48,211 nt of DNA from Alphaproteobacteria bacterium (lineage in GTDB: Bacteria; Pseudomonadota; Alphaproteobacteria; MPNO01; UBA830). A program made the position numbers and the translations under genes. The notes under the pieces were generated by a model. It was given only the letters and a program-made list of their open reading frames with translations. It had not been told where the DNA came from and made no database searches. The stretch is from assembly GCA_038133505.1 (NCBI GenBank), contig JAYPTI010000006.1, positions 1 through 48,211 on the forward strand, read 5' to 3'. The stretch's first letter is position 1. Each line of letters starts with the position of its first letter. Shown one piece after another: positions 18,723 to 28,574 of the stretch.

Positions 18723-19745
18723 CTAGTCCGTTTCCCCGGCGGCAGCCTGGGAGGACATCGGAACTTCCTCCGCGTTAACCGGCGGCGCCGGCGTGATCGC
18801 AACCGGATAGCCGCGGCGTTCGGACGCGACCTTGTAGGCCGTTTCCCAGTCGATATCCGCATCCAGATCGCCCGCCGCAAGGATCAGTTTGCGCTCGAAA
18901 GCCGGCGGAACGGCCGAGGTCAGCTTGCCGGTCATCTCCAGCTCGTCGGCCTGGTCCTGATTCGGGACTACTTCGAGCCACAGGCGGCCCGCGAAACGGG
19001 CCACCTTCACGGTTTCGTCGATGACCCGGACGGACGTGCCGATGGGCACTTGCTGGAAGAAATGCGCTATGTCCTCGGGATACATGCGGATACAGCCGTG
19101 GCTCACGCGCCGACCGACGCCGTCGGGCTTGTTCGTGCCGTGCAGCAGATAGGACGGCCAGCCGAGATAGATCGCATGCGCGCCGAGCGGATTTCTCGGG
19201 CCGGCCGGAACCACCGTAGGCAGCTCGGGATTTTCGGCACGGATCGACTTCGGCACGTACCAGGCGGGATTCGCCTTTTTGCGTACGACGCGTGTCGTTC
19301 CCGTCGGTGTATGCCAGCCGTCGTCGCCGATGCCGAGCGGCGCGGTCTCGACGAGCCCGCGCTCGCGGAAATAGTAGAGCCGCTGATCGGCGAGATTGAT
19401 CAGAATGCCGTCCCGCGGGGCGTCGGGCACGATATGCCAGGTCGGGAGGACTATTTCGGTGCCGTCGCCCGGAACCCAGGGGTCGACCCCGGGATTGGCC
19501 GCGACCAGCTCGGTGAACCCGAGCCTGAAACGCCGCGCGAGGTCGGCGAACGTGTCTTCGTGCTTGGCTGTGTAGGTGCGGAAATCTCCGATGATCCCTG
19601 GGTAGCTCGGCGCGCCGCTCCCCGCGGTCGCGTTTCCGGCCGCAAACACCGGGCCCGCGGCGACGGACGCGGCGGTTGCGATGCCCAGCGCGAGGCAGAG
19701 AGAACGGCGGCTTATGGCCCGTTTGATCATCGAATTCCGGTACAT
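18723..19745 (-). CDS. L,D-transpeptidase, ErfK/YbiS/YnhG type with LysM-like domain
   Basis: HGTNKPDGVGRRVSHGCIRM catalytic motif, PAGPRNPLG, ANPGVDPWVP. N-terminal SRRSL resembles a Tat signal. Confidence 0.93.
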   Translation of the reverse strand: MYRNSMIKRAISRRSLCLALGIATAASVAAGPVFAAGNATAGSGAPSYPGIIGDFRTYTAKHEDTFADLARRFRLGFTELVAANPGVDPWVPGDGTEIVLPTWHIVPDAPRDGILINLADQRLYYFRERGLVETAPLGIGDDGWHTPTGTTRVVRKKANPAWYVPKSIRAENPELPTVVPAGPRNPLGAHAIYLGWPSYLLHGTNKPDGVGRRVSHGCIRMYPEDIAHFFQQVPIGTSVRVIDETVKVARFAGRLWLEVVPNQDQADELEMTGKLTSAVPPAFERKLILAAGDLDADIDWETAYKVASERRGYPVAITPAPPVNAEEVPMSSQAAAGETD

Positions 19746-19816
19746 TCTGTGAATATGGACGTCTCGTCCGTAATTGCTAGCCGATAAATATTAACGAATT
19801 CACCGCCCTTTTCGGA

Positions 19817-20272
19817 TCACGCTTCCGATCGCGGCGGCGTTATCCCTTCCAGGAGGTGGCTTCCCCGCCCGTACCGGCAGGTAACCTCGCCCGTGGCGAG
19901 GAGGTTTCCGGCCTCGTCCGTGACGTCGCAGCTGGCGACGAAGATCGTCTTTCCCCCGCCGCGTTTGCGCGCATCCGCCATGAGACGCCCCGATGCGACG
20001 TTTCCCATCAGATTGACGTTCAGCGATACCGTCATCGCCTGGCGGATGTTCCCGGGGACCGTGCAGAAAATGCCCGAGTGCGCGCCTGCCGTATCGATCA
20101 GCGCGGCGATGACGCCGCCGTGGACGACGTCGATGGCATTCAGGTGGACATCGCCGACGTCCATCTCGATCACCGCGCGGTCGAGTTCCCAGACGGTAAG
20201 CGTGGCGCCCATTTCCGCCATGAAGCCGCGGAATCTCTTGACCCCCTCGGCTTTCCTTTCGGTATCCGTCAT
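19817..20272 (-). CDS. PaaI family thioesterase
   Basis: HLNAIDVVHGGVIAALID hotdog-fold motif. Confidence 0.88.
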   Translation of the reverse strand: MTDTERKAEGVKRFRGFMAEMGATLTVWELDRAVIEMDVGDVHLNAIDVVHGGVIAALIDTAGAHSGIFCTVPGNIRQAMTVSLNVNLMGNVASGRLMADARKRGGGKTIFVASCDVTDEAGNLLATGEVTCRYGRGSHLLEGITPPRSEA

Positions 20273-20405
20273 CCGGAACGTTCCGTGCCTACGTGATACG
20301 GCGGCGAGTATCAAACAGCCGTTGAATCAAGTGTTTAGCAGCAAAAAATTCGACAGTCGCGGAGAAATCGCTATAGTGGCCGCGCAATCCTGAGGAATAT
20401 CCCGA

Positions 20406-21017
20406 ATGAAGCGAGTTATTGTCGGCATCACCGGTGCCACCGGTACGATCTACGGCGTGCGTCTGATGGAACTGATGCGCACCGACCCGGAAATCGAGAT
20501 TCATCTCGTGATGAGCCGGTCGGCGAAGCTGACGTTGAAGATGGAGCACGATCTCGAGCTCGATTACATCAACGGGCTCGCGCACGAGGTTCACGAGCCG
20601 GGGAACATCGGCGCCTCGATTTCGTCCGGATCGTTCCATTCAGAGGGCATGATCGTGGCGCCGTGCTCTATCAAGACGATGTCCAACATCGCGATGGGCA
20701 ATACCGGCGATCTGATCAGCCGGGCCGCGGACGTCATTCTGAAGGAGCAGCGGAAGCTCGTCGTCGCGATCCGCGAGACGCCGCTGCATATCGGCCATCT
20801 CGAAAACCTGACGAAGCTTGCCCGCATCGGCGCAGTCATTTTTCCGCCGGTGCCGGCTTTCTACAATCGCCCGAGCTCGCTGCAGGATATCGTCGACCAG
20901 TCCTGCATGCGGATGCTCGACCAGCTTCACATCAATATCGAATCCGCGCCGCGCTGGGGCGAAGAGGGCGGCGTTCCCGCCGTCGGCCAGAAGATCGAGG
21001 GCGGCAGGACCAATTGA
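20406..21017 (+). CDS. ubiX: flavin prenyltransferase UbiX
   Basis: VGITGATG, SISSGS, APCSIKT, RAADVILKE, RETPL, PPVPAFY. Confidence 0.96.
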   Translation: MKRVIVGITGATGTIYGVRLMELMRTDPEIEIHLVMSRSAKLTLKMEHDLELDYINGLAHEVHEPGNIGASISSGSFHSEGMIVAPCSIKTMSNIAMGNTGDLISRAADVILKEQRKLVVAIRETPLHIGHLENLTKLARIGAVIFPPVPAFYNRPSSLQDIVDQSCMRMLDQLHINIESAPRWGEEGGVPAVGQKIEGGRTN

Positions 21018-21033
21018 GGCCCGGCGTTTCCCG

Positions 21034-21825
21034 CTAAGTCAGTTCGATAGAGACGCCGCCAAGGCCCTCGAAGGCGATTTCCGCGCGGCAGGGGAAGCTG
21101 TCCAGCCACATGACCGGCGTGACCGAGCCGGTCAGGACGAATTCTCCGGGTTTAAGCCGCTCTCCCTGATCTGCGAGGATATTTGCGAGCCAGGCGATGG
21201 CCTCGAGCGGATGTCCCATCACGGCGGCGCCGGTGCCGGTCGCCTTTTCGTCGCCGTCGATGCGGACCGATCCCGCGATCGCGGCGAGATCGAGCGATTC
21301 CCAGTTTTCCAGCTCGTCGCCGAGGATGCAGGCCTTGTGGAAGAAATCGTCGGCGATCAGCGTCGGCGTTCCGCGTTCCGCGAAGTCGCCGTAGCGGTTC
21401 TCGACCAGCTCGATGGCCGGCATGATCGCGGAAACCAGCCCGGCGGACGTGTCCCGGGTATATCCGCCGCCGTCCGACTCGGCTCCGATCCGGACCGCTA
21501 TTTCGCATTCGATGCCCGGGTTGCAGAAGCCCGCCGATGCGAACCTCGCGCTGTTCGCTATCAGCGTACCAGACATGATCCGCCCGTAGGCGGGTTCAGT
21601 CACGCCGAGGTAGTCCTGCATGGTCGCGGTGGTCGCCCCGATCTTCCAGCCCGCCAGCTCGCCCTGACCGTTTTCCCGGAGATAGTCGTGCAGGGCAGCC
21701 TGGACGAGATATCCGTCCTCGGTCGTCTCGGGCAGGTCCTCTTCCGGGATCGGCGGCACCGGGTGGGACTCGATGCGAACCTCTCCCAACAGTCTGGCGG
21801 TGCGAAGAACGGCTTTCGGGTCCAT
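21034..21825 (-). CDS. 2-keto-4-pentenoate hydratase-like protein (FAH superfamily)
   Basis: GWKIGAT, IECEIA, AIELVE, GHPLEAIAWLAN, VLTGS. Confidence 0.85.
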   Translation of the reverse strand: MDPKAVLRTARLLGEVRIESHPVPPIPEEDLPETTEDGYLVQAALHDYLRENGQGELAGWKIGATTATMQDYLGVTEPAYGRIMSGTLIANSARFASAGFCNPGIECEIAVRIGAESDGGGYTRDTSAGLVSAIMPAIELVENRYGDFAERGTPTLIADDFFHKACILGDELENWESLDLAAIAGSVRIDGDEKATGTGAAVMGHPLEAIAWLANILADQGERLKPGEFVLTGSVTPVMWLDSFPCRAEIAFEGLGGVSIELT

Positions 21826-21844
21826 GTTTCGGCCTGTCCGAGGG

Positions 21845-22564
21845 TCAGCTGACGGGTTTCTCGTCTTCGAAATTCTTTGCCTGTTTCTTCTCGTTGTGCT
21901 CTACCGCTGCCTTGCAGCGTACCCAGAGTTCGGGGCCGTAGTATGCCGTGAAGTCGTCGTGGATCCGGTCGAACGGCAGGTCCGACCAGATGCCGTGGCT
22001 GGCGACATACTGCATGTGCTTGCGGCCCTGCTTGTCGAATTCCTGAAGGAGCGCATCCTCCACGCCGTCGAACTCGGTCGGCGTCACGTCGAACTTGTCG
22101 CACAGCTCGATATTGAAGGCTGGCGCGGCCTTTACCCACTTGCCGTCGATCAGCATGACGGAGAAGCCGTGATGCATGAACAGCTCCTTGCCGCCCATCG
22201 CATCGCGGAGCCGGGGGCTGCACAGATGGTTCGTGACGTCCGAAAGACCGACCCCCGACGGGATCCCCGCGAAGCGGGCGACGGCGGTCAGAAGCGATGC
22301 CTTGGGGATGCAATAGGCGGCGCCGACCTTCAGAACGTTGCTTGCCTTGTAGGCGTCCGCGCGGTCGGTGATCCGGTAGGGATCGTAACGGATCTCGTCG
22401 CGAACCGCGTAGAACGCCTTTACCGCCTTTTCCTTGTCGGTGGTCGCCCCCGCGATCGCCTTTTCGGCGAACGCTGCGACCGAAGGATCGTCGTAATCGA
22501 AATAGTAGGTCGGCTTCAGATATTCGTCCGACGGTTCGGGATATCCGGTTTCCAGATGTTCCAT
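21845..22564 (-). CDS. transglutaminase-like domain protein
   Basis: AVRDEIRYDP, YCIPKA (Cys), HG..IDGKWV (His). Confidence 0.8.
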   Translation of the reverse strand: MEHLETGYPEPSDEYLKPTYYFDYDDPSVAAFAEKAIAGATTDKEKAVKAFYAVRDEIRYDPYRITDRADAYKASNVLKVGAAYCIPKASLLTAVARFAGIPSGVGLSDVTNHLCSPRLRDAMGGKELFMHHGFSVMLIDGKWVKAAPAFNIELCDKFDVTPTEFDGVEDALLQEFDKQGRKHMQYVASHGIWSDLPFDRIHDDFTAYYGPELWVRCKAAVEHNEKKQAKNFEDEKPVS

Positions 22565-22635
22565 GATCTATCCGCTGTGAGACTTGCCCGGACCTTAGGG
22601 GCGTTGACCCCGAGCGGCAAGGGTCGACGGCGCCG

Positions 22636-23553
22636 TCAGGGAAGGGGTGTCGGATCCTCCACGATCGCATTCGAAAGCGTGCCGATGCCGTCGATCTCGA
22701 CCTCGCAGACATCGCCCGCCCGCATGTGAAGCTGGCCTTCGACGATGACGGGACCGCGCGGCTTCTCCGGCTTCTCTCCCGGCTGCAGGGGCAATGCGCC
22801 CGGCGAACCGGTGACGATCACGTCGCCCGGCTGAAGCGTATAGCCTTGCGAGAGATATTCGATGATCGCCGGCACGTCGAACAGCATGCCCGAGATCTTC
22901 GCGCGCTGGCGCTCGATGTCGTTGAGACGAGTCACCAGCGTATGGTCCGCCGGGTCGCCGAAGGCATCCGCCGTCACCATCCAGGGTCCGAAACTGCCGG
23001 AGCGCTCGAAATTCTTGCCGAGGCCGAACTGGCGGTTGTGGCTCTGGTATTCGCGGACCGAGCCTTCGTTGTAGCAGGAATAGCCGGCGACATGATCGAA
23101 CGCGTTTTCGCGTTTTATGTGACGGCCCGGCCTGCCGATGATGACGGCGAGCTCGCCTTCGTAGTCGTAGGCTTCCGCGACGTTCAGCTTCGGCGCCCAC
23201 AATTCTTCGCGATGCCCGACCTGGCAGATCGGCATGCGCTGGAAAATCTGCGGGTGTTCGCGCGACGTGGTCAGCCCCGTCTCCTCGATATGGAGCGTGT
23301 AGTTGAGCGCCAGCGCCCAAGTCGCGTGGGGCACGGGAATCACGGGGTCGTAGACGATATCGTCCAGACCGAAGGAGCCCGACTTGCCGTCCGTCGCCGC
23401 ACGGACCTTCGCAAGCGTCGGGTCCATTTCGAGAATCCCGCGCAATGTCGTTGGCAGCTCCGGCGCCGCTTCGGCAAGCGGCACGATCGCGTCGTCGTCG
23501 GTCACGACGCCGACGCCGGCTTCGCCGTTCCGGCGATAGGACAGAATTCTCAT
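22636..23553 (-). CDS. fumarylacetoacetate hydrolase family protein
   Basis: DYEGELAVIIG, YNEGSVRE, GKNF, GPW, LQPGDVIVTGSP; GGAGG SD before ATG 23553. Confidence 0.9.
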   Translation of the reverse strand: MRILSYRRNGEAGVGVVTDDDAIVPLAEAAPELPTTLRGILEMDPTLAKVRAATDGKSGSFGLDDIVYDPVIPVPHATWALALNYTLHIEETGLTTSREHPQIFQRMPICQVGHREELWAPKLNVAEAYDYEGELAVIIGRPGRHIKRENAFDHVAGYSCYNEGSVREYQSHNRQFGLGKNFERSGSFGPWMVTADAFGDPADHTLVTRLNDIERQRAKISGMLFDVPAIIEYLSQGYTLQPGDVIVTGSPGALPLQPGEKPEKPRGPVIVEGQLHMRAGDVCEVEIDGIGTLSNAIVEDPTPLP

Positions 23554-23695
23554 CGTCTCCCTCCCGTGTTCTTGTTTGACGACGAGCTTAGCGCCGCCGC
23601 ACGCGGCGCAAAAGCGCGGCTTGTCGGGCGGGCCCGCGCATGACAAAGATGCCGCAACGAAAAACGGACTTGAGCCAAAGGGAAGGGAACGGCCG

Positions 23696-24574
23696 ATGGC
23701 GGTCGGAGCGGGCGCGCCGGATCAGCATAATCCGGTGGCGGGCATTCTGTGGATGGCGGGCGCGGCACTGTGTTTCGCCGCGTCGTTCAACCTCGTCAAG
23801 GCGATGCAGGACGAAGGGCTGACGGTATTCCAGGCCGTCATGTACCGCCAGATACTCGGGTTGATCATTTTCTCGCCGGTGATCGTCCGGAACGGACGCG
23901 AACTGTTTCAGACGGAGGTTCGCAGCCGTCATTTCCTGCGCGCCGTCGGCAGCTTCGGCGGGATGTGCTGCGGCTACTATTCCTTCAGCCTGATCAACGT
24001 CGCGGAGTCGGCGGCGCTTCAGTTCACGTTGCCGATCTTCACGATGTTCTGCGCGGTCTGGCTGCTCGGCGAAAAGCTGAGGTCGCACCGCGTCATCGCG
24101 ACCGTGATCGGTTTCGGCGGCGTTCTCGTCATCGTTCGTCCCGGCTTTTCCGAGCTCAATTCGGGCATCTTCTTTGCGCTGGCGGCGGCGGGGTTCTATG
24201 CATCTTCGGATACGCTGTCCCGCTGGCTTGCACGCTATGACAAGCTCCCGTCGATCATGGTTTGGAATTTCGTGTTCGTGCTGCCGCTTGCGACGGTGCC
24301 GTCGCTGATATGGTGGGTGACGCCTACGCTGGCGTCGCTGCCCTACGTCCTCGGGTTCTCGTTCGCCGGCGTCGCCGCGCAGTTCTGCCTTACGCGGTCG
24401 TTCGGGCTTGCCGAGGCGAGCCTCGTCTCGCCGGTACTTTTCCTGCGCCTGCCCCTCGTGTCGCTGATTGCCTGGCTCGCGTTCGGGCAGGTCACCGAGC
24501 TCTGGACCTGGGTCGGCGCCGCCGTCATCTTTGTCGCGACGACGTGGATGGCGCGGGTCGAAACGCGGCGTTAA
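23696..24574 (+). CDS. DMT/EamA family transporter
   Basis: About 10 TM segments, LLGEKL..IGFGGVLVIVRPG motif. Confidence 0.9.
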   Translation: MAVGAGAPDQHNPVAGILWMAGAALCFAASFNLVKAMQDEGLTVFQAVMYRQILGLIIFSPVIVRNGRELFQTEVRSRHFLRAVGSFGGMCCGYYSFSLINVAESAALQFTLPIFTMFCAVWLLGEKLRSHRVIATVIGFGGVLVIVRPGFSELNSGIFFALAAAGFYASSDTLSRWLARYDKLPSIMVWNFVFVLPLATVPSLIWWVTPTLASLPYVLGFSFAGVAAQFCLTRSFGLAEASLVSPVLFLRLPLVSLIAWLAFGQVTELWTWVGAAVIFVATTWMARVETRR

Positions 24575-24609
24575 GCTTGGGAAAAGGGGACAGGGACCCG
24601 GGGATCGAA

Positions 24610-25815
24610 ATGGCAGACGGAACGTCGAAGACGGTGCCGGAAGAGACGGCCCAGGAAGTACTGGTCGAAAAGGCCAGGGGCATGATCGACCGGTTCAGGT
24701 CGCGCGCTCACGAAGCGGAACGGAACCGGCATCTTCATCGCGAGACCTTCGAGGAGATGCGCGACGCGGGCTTCTACCGCGTGCAGATGCCGGCGCGCTA
24801 CAGCGGTTTCGAGATGAGCCACCGGGGTATGCTCGACATCTGCGCCGAACTGGGGCGCGGCTGCGGCTCTGCCGCATGGATATTCTCCAATCTGGCAGCG
24901 CAGAACGGCATCGTCTCGATGGCCTGCCGGGAACTTCAGGACGAAGTGTGGGGCGACGATCACGATGTCTGCACCGCATCGTCCTTCCCGGCGAAAGGCG
25001 GCAAGGTTCGCCGCGTCGACGGCGGCATCGTCGCGAACGGCGTCTGGAGTTTCGCCTCCGGCGTCGATTTCGCCGACTGGAACAACCTGCAGGTGTTCGT
25101 TCCGCCCGCGAGCGGCGAGGGGCCGCCGGAGCACCGCATGGCGCTAGTTCCCAAGTCCGACTACACCGTCATCGACGACTGGTATTCGCCCGGCCTCGCG
25201 GCGACCGGCTCGCGCTCCATCTCCCTAGAGGAGGTCTTCATCCCAGAGCACCGGACGTTGAGCACCGCCGCCGCCCGGCGCGGCGAAACGATCGAGGCGT
25301 CGGAAAATTTCGGGCCCATCTTCCGCGTGCCGCCGATGTGCGGCGCGAACAAGATATTCTCCGGCCCCGTCATCGGGATGGCGCGCGGCGCGCTCGATGC
25401 CATGGAGCGCGATCTGTCCGCCCGGAACAATATCGGCGGCGCGCCGATGGCGAAGATGGCATCGGCGCAGCTCCGCGTCGCCGAGGCCGGCGCGTTGATC
25501 GAGGCGGCCTGGGCGCTGATGCAGCGGGACTGCGACACGGCGCTCGAGATCGGCCGGATCGGCCGGCTCACGACGCCCAACGACAGGGCGTTCTGGCGGC
25601 GGAACAATGCCTATGCCGGGGTTATGTGCATCCGGGCGGTGGATATTCTTCATCCGCTGATCGGCGCGCGCGGGCTGTTGCCCGAGAGCGATTTCCTGCG
25701 CAGCTATCGCGACATTCACGCCGCGACCATGCAGATCAACATGGCGTGGGATCGGCAGGCGATCACGGCGGGCGAAATCCAGCTGGGTCTCGAGCCGAGC
25801 GATCCCAGGGCCTGA
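24610..25815 (+). CDS. flavin-dependent monooxygenase, oxygenase component (acyl-CoA dehydrogenase fold, HsaA/HpaH-C2-like)
   Basis: GCGSAAW, GVWSFASGVDFADW, DDWYSPGLAATGS, YRDIHA. Confidence 0.85.
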   Translation: MADGTSKTVPEETAQEVLVEKARGMIDRFRSRAHEAERNRHLHRETFEEMRDAGFYRVQMPARYSGFEMSHRGMLDICAELGRGCGSAAWIFSNLAAQNGIVSMACRELQDEVWGDDHDVCTASSFPAKGGKVRRVDGGIVANGVWSFASGVDFADWNNLQVFVPPASGEGPPEHRMALVPKSDYTVIDDWYSPGLAATGSRSISLEEVFIPEHRTLSTAAARRGETIEASENFGPIFRVPPMCGANKIFSGPVIGMARGALDAMERDLSARNNIGGAPMAKMASAQLRVAEAGALIEAAWALMQRDCDTALEIGRIGRLTTPNDRAFWRRNNAYAGVMCIRAVDILHPLIGARGLLPESDFLRSYRDIHAATMQINMAWDRQAITAGEIQLGLEPSDPRA

Positions 25816-25855
25816 GGGCGGCGGCCCATCCTCCAAACGAACGTCGGGAAGCAGA

Positions 25856-27301
25856 ATGGCGCATGACGACATCCGCGATTTTCTCGCGGTTCTGCAGCAG
25901 CGGGGATTGCTCCGGCGCGTAACGGTACCGGTTACCTCGGCCGAAGATATCGGCTGTCTCGTGAAATGGGGCTTTCAGGCGCTCGCGGAGAAGGACCGGT
26001 TCGGTTTTCTCTTCGACAATGTCGACGGCGGCACGATTCCCGTGGCCACCGGCGCGTTGGGCGCATCGATCGAGGCCTATGCGGTCGGCCTCGGGGTCGA
26101 GCCGGCCGAGATCAACGCCAAATGGGAACACGCGCTTTGCAATCCCGTCGCGCCGGTTCTGGTCGATGCCGCGCCCTGCCACGAAGTCGTGCTCGAAGGC
26201 GGCGACGTCGACCTCGGGGCGCTGCCGATCCCCGTCTGGACGCCCGGCAAGGATGCCGGCCGCTACGTCACCGCGATCGTCGTGACGCGCGATGCCGACA
26301 GCGGAACGCAGAACTACGGCGTCTACAGGACGCAGATCCTCGGCCCCGATCGCATGGTCAGCAATCTGAGTCCCGGACGGCAGGGCACGCGGTGCGTCCA
26401 GTCGTGGCATGCCCGCGGCGAGCCCGCCCCGTTCGCCTTGGTCATCGGTGCCGAACCCGCCATGTATTATGCGTCGGTCACCACATTGCCGTTCTCGGTG
26501 GACGAAGCGACCCTGGCCGGCGGTCTGAAGCAGGAAGCGCTGGAAGTCGTGCGCGGACGTACCGTCGAGCTCGATATCCCGGCGCACACAGAGATCGTCA
26601 TCGAAGGCTTCGTCCATCCCGGGGAGGTCGCGGAAGAAGGGCCGTTCGGCGAATTCGCTGGCTATATGGGCCCGACCGGCGACCGCCCGGTCGTTCGGGT
26701 GACCGCCATCACGCACCGTACAGATCCCATCTTCTACGGCCTCGCCAGCCAGATGCCGCCGAGCGAGAGCACGACGATGCAGAGCCTGACCAACGCAGGC
26801 CAGCTCTGGAAGGTCCTGCGCCACGATCTCGGCGAAGCGGCCGTGACCGACGTCGTGATCGACAAGACCTTCGGCGGCCTTTTGGCCCATGCCGTCGTCG
26901 CGGTCCGGCCTGGGCAGCCCGGCGTCGGCAAGCGGATCGGACGTCTCGTTGCCGACATTTCGCCGTGCAAGCGCGTCACCGTCGTCGACGACGACATCGA
27001 CATCCGGGACCGGGAGCATCTCGATTGGGTGCTGAACTCGCACTACGATCCGGCACGCGATACCGTGATCATCGACGACGTTTTCGTCCCGATGCACATG
27101 GATCCCTCCGTCCGTATCCGGGGCGGCAGCACCGATCCGGGGAGCAAGGTCGTCGTCGACGCCACCCGGTCGCACGATCCGGGCGATTTCTCGATTCCCG
27201 ACCGAGAGCGGATGGAAAAGGCGCTCGAAATATGGCTCCGCGGGGATCTGCCCGAACTGGAAGTGCCCCGGCGCCTCGATTTTCGACTCGATCGAGCCTG
27301 A
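25856..27301 (+). CDS. UbiD family prFMN-dependent decarboxylase (canonical active site)
   Basis: NYGVYR, EIVIEG, EEGPFGEFAGY, PPSE, KRVTVVDDDIDIRD, MDPS, KVVVDAT. Confidence 0.93.
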   Translation: MAHDDIRDFLAVLQQRGLLRRVTVPVTSAEDIGCLVKWGFQALAEKDRFGFLFDNVDGGTIPVATGALGASIEAYAVGLGVEPAEINAKWEHALCNPVAPVLVDAAPCHEVVLEGGDVDLGALPIPVWTPGKDAGRYVTAIVVTRDADSGTQNYGVYRTQILGPDRMVSNLSPGRQGTRCVQSWHARGEPAPFALVIGAEPAMYYASVTTLPFSVDEATLAGGLKQEALEVVRGRTVELDIPAHTEIVIEGFVHPGEVAEEGPFGEFAGYMGPTGDRPVVRVTAITHRTDPIFYGLASQMPPSESTTMQSLTNAGQLWKVLRHDLGEAAVTDVVIDKTFGGLLAHAVVAVRPGQPGVGKRIGRLVADISPCKRVTVVDDDIDIRDREHLDWVLNSHYDPARDTVIIDDVFVPMHMDPSVRIRGGSTDPGSKVVVDATRSHDPGDFSIPDRERMEKALEIWLRGDLPELEVPRRLDFRLDRA

Positions 27302-27424
27302 CGCTCAATCCTGGAAATACACGCGTAGATTGTCGCCACCAGCCCGGAAAACGGCGGAAACCGGATAGTTTCCGGTGTCGCGAATTTTTACAGTTTATTC
27401 GCAAATCTATTTGAAAATGCGTGA

Positions 27425-27432
27425 TTAACCAT
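27425..27432 (+). promoter_or_regulatory. CtrA half-site-like TTAACCAT
   Basis: Exact 8-mer in an AT-rich promoter region, 20 nt before the next ORF. Confidence 0.4.
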
Positions 27433-27452
27433 GAATATCGTGAGCGCGACTA

Positions 27453-28574
27453 TTGAGGTCGACCAGATCGAGCTTCGATTTTCGGGAGGATAATGACTCC
27501 CTGTATCGGATACCGATGAAAATCGTGCCGATCCAAACGCCCGAACTGAACCGAGGGCGCATGATAAAGAACTCGGCGCTCGACCCCGCTCTCGAGCTGT
27601 TCCGGAGCAACGAAACCGGCTTCGGTCAGATCATGATCGACGAACTGGACGCCGAGCGCGGCCACCACATGTTCGGCTGGCCGTTGCATCGGCTTCACCC
27701 CGACCTCGAAATACTGCGCAAGCTCGCGCGCCTTACGGCCTACGACGTCTACACGCTCAGAATCCAGTTCCGCGATCTCGGGATCGAGCCTTCCTACGTC
27801 GACTATCTGCGTCTGTCGCCGGAAAAGAAGAAATCCCTCCACATGTATATGCGGGTTTTCACGCTCCCCCTGATCGACCTGGTGTACGGCGAAGGCGATA
27901 CCCAGGCCCAGAAGACCGACAACGTGATCGATCTCTTCCGGCATCCGGATACCCGGGTTGCGCGCGAGAACCTGTTCAAGCTCGCCCGCGGGCTGGGCGT
28001 GGACATCGGGGAAATCCCGCGTTTCCTCGAAGACTTTTCGGATATCTACCTGTCGCTGTCCTACTACCAGGAATACCTGGACGACCTGACGCCCAAGGTG
28101 ATCGACATGGTCGGCGAGCTCGGCGACATGTCGCAGAACTGGCAGCTGCGCCAGGACCCCTACACGATCGAGACGATCACGCGCGTCCAGTCGGAGATCA
28201 ACGACCTGCTGACGTCGGTCACGAGCCGGTTCGAGGCGTTCCGCCAGCATTCTGACGACATTTGGAACGACATCGATGCCAACAAGTTCAAGAGCACGAA
28301 GCGGATGGTGATCACCGCCCAGGAAACGGTCGGCGGCGTTCTGTGCGGGCTCGGCATCAAGCTGAACGCCTGGAAGGAGCGGTTCCCGACGAGCGACGCG
28401 GGCGGGCCGGTTGCGCGCTCCGAGATGATGTTCTCGGAAATCGTCCCCGGACTCGACAAGCTCGTCGCGCTGGAACGGTCCGGGCGCGAAGCGGCCGGAC
28501 AGGCGGTCAAGCGCGCTGAAGAGTCCTTTCTATCGAAAGCCCGATCCGCACAAGCCAGTCGTCGTGCCCGGTAG
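27453..28574 (+). CDS. hypothetical helical protein
   Basis: 373-aa ORF with genuine GC3-rich codon usage and protein-like composition. Start uncertain (TTG 27453 or ATG 27496). Confidence 0.8.
   Translation: MRSTRSSFDFREDNDSLYRIPMKIVPIQTPELNRGRMIKNSALDPALELFRSNETGFGQIMIDELDAERGHHMFGWPLHRLHPDLEILRKLARLTAYDVYTLRIQFRDLGIEPSYVDYLRLSPEKKKSLHMYMRVFTLPLIDLVYGEGDTQAQKTDNVIDLFRHPDTRVARENLFKLARGLGVDIGEIPRFLEDFSDIYLSLSYYQEYLDDLTPKVIDMVGELGDMSQNWQLRQDPYTIETITRVQSEINDLLTSVTSRFEAFRQHSDDIWNDIDANKFKSTKRMVITAQETVGGVLCGLGIKLNAWKERFPTSDAGGPVARSEMMFSEIVPGLDKLVALERSGREAAGQAVKRAEESFLSKARSAQASRRAR

Noticed and set aside
20406-27301. ubiX/ubiD as the ubiquinone-pathway pair
   Set aside because: No other ubi genes are nearby and the context is catabolic; UbiX may still serve a housekeeping UbiD elsewhere.
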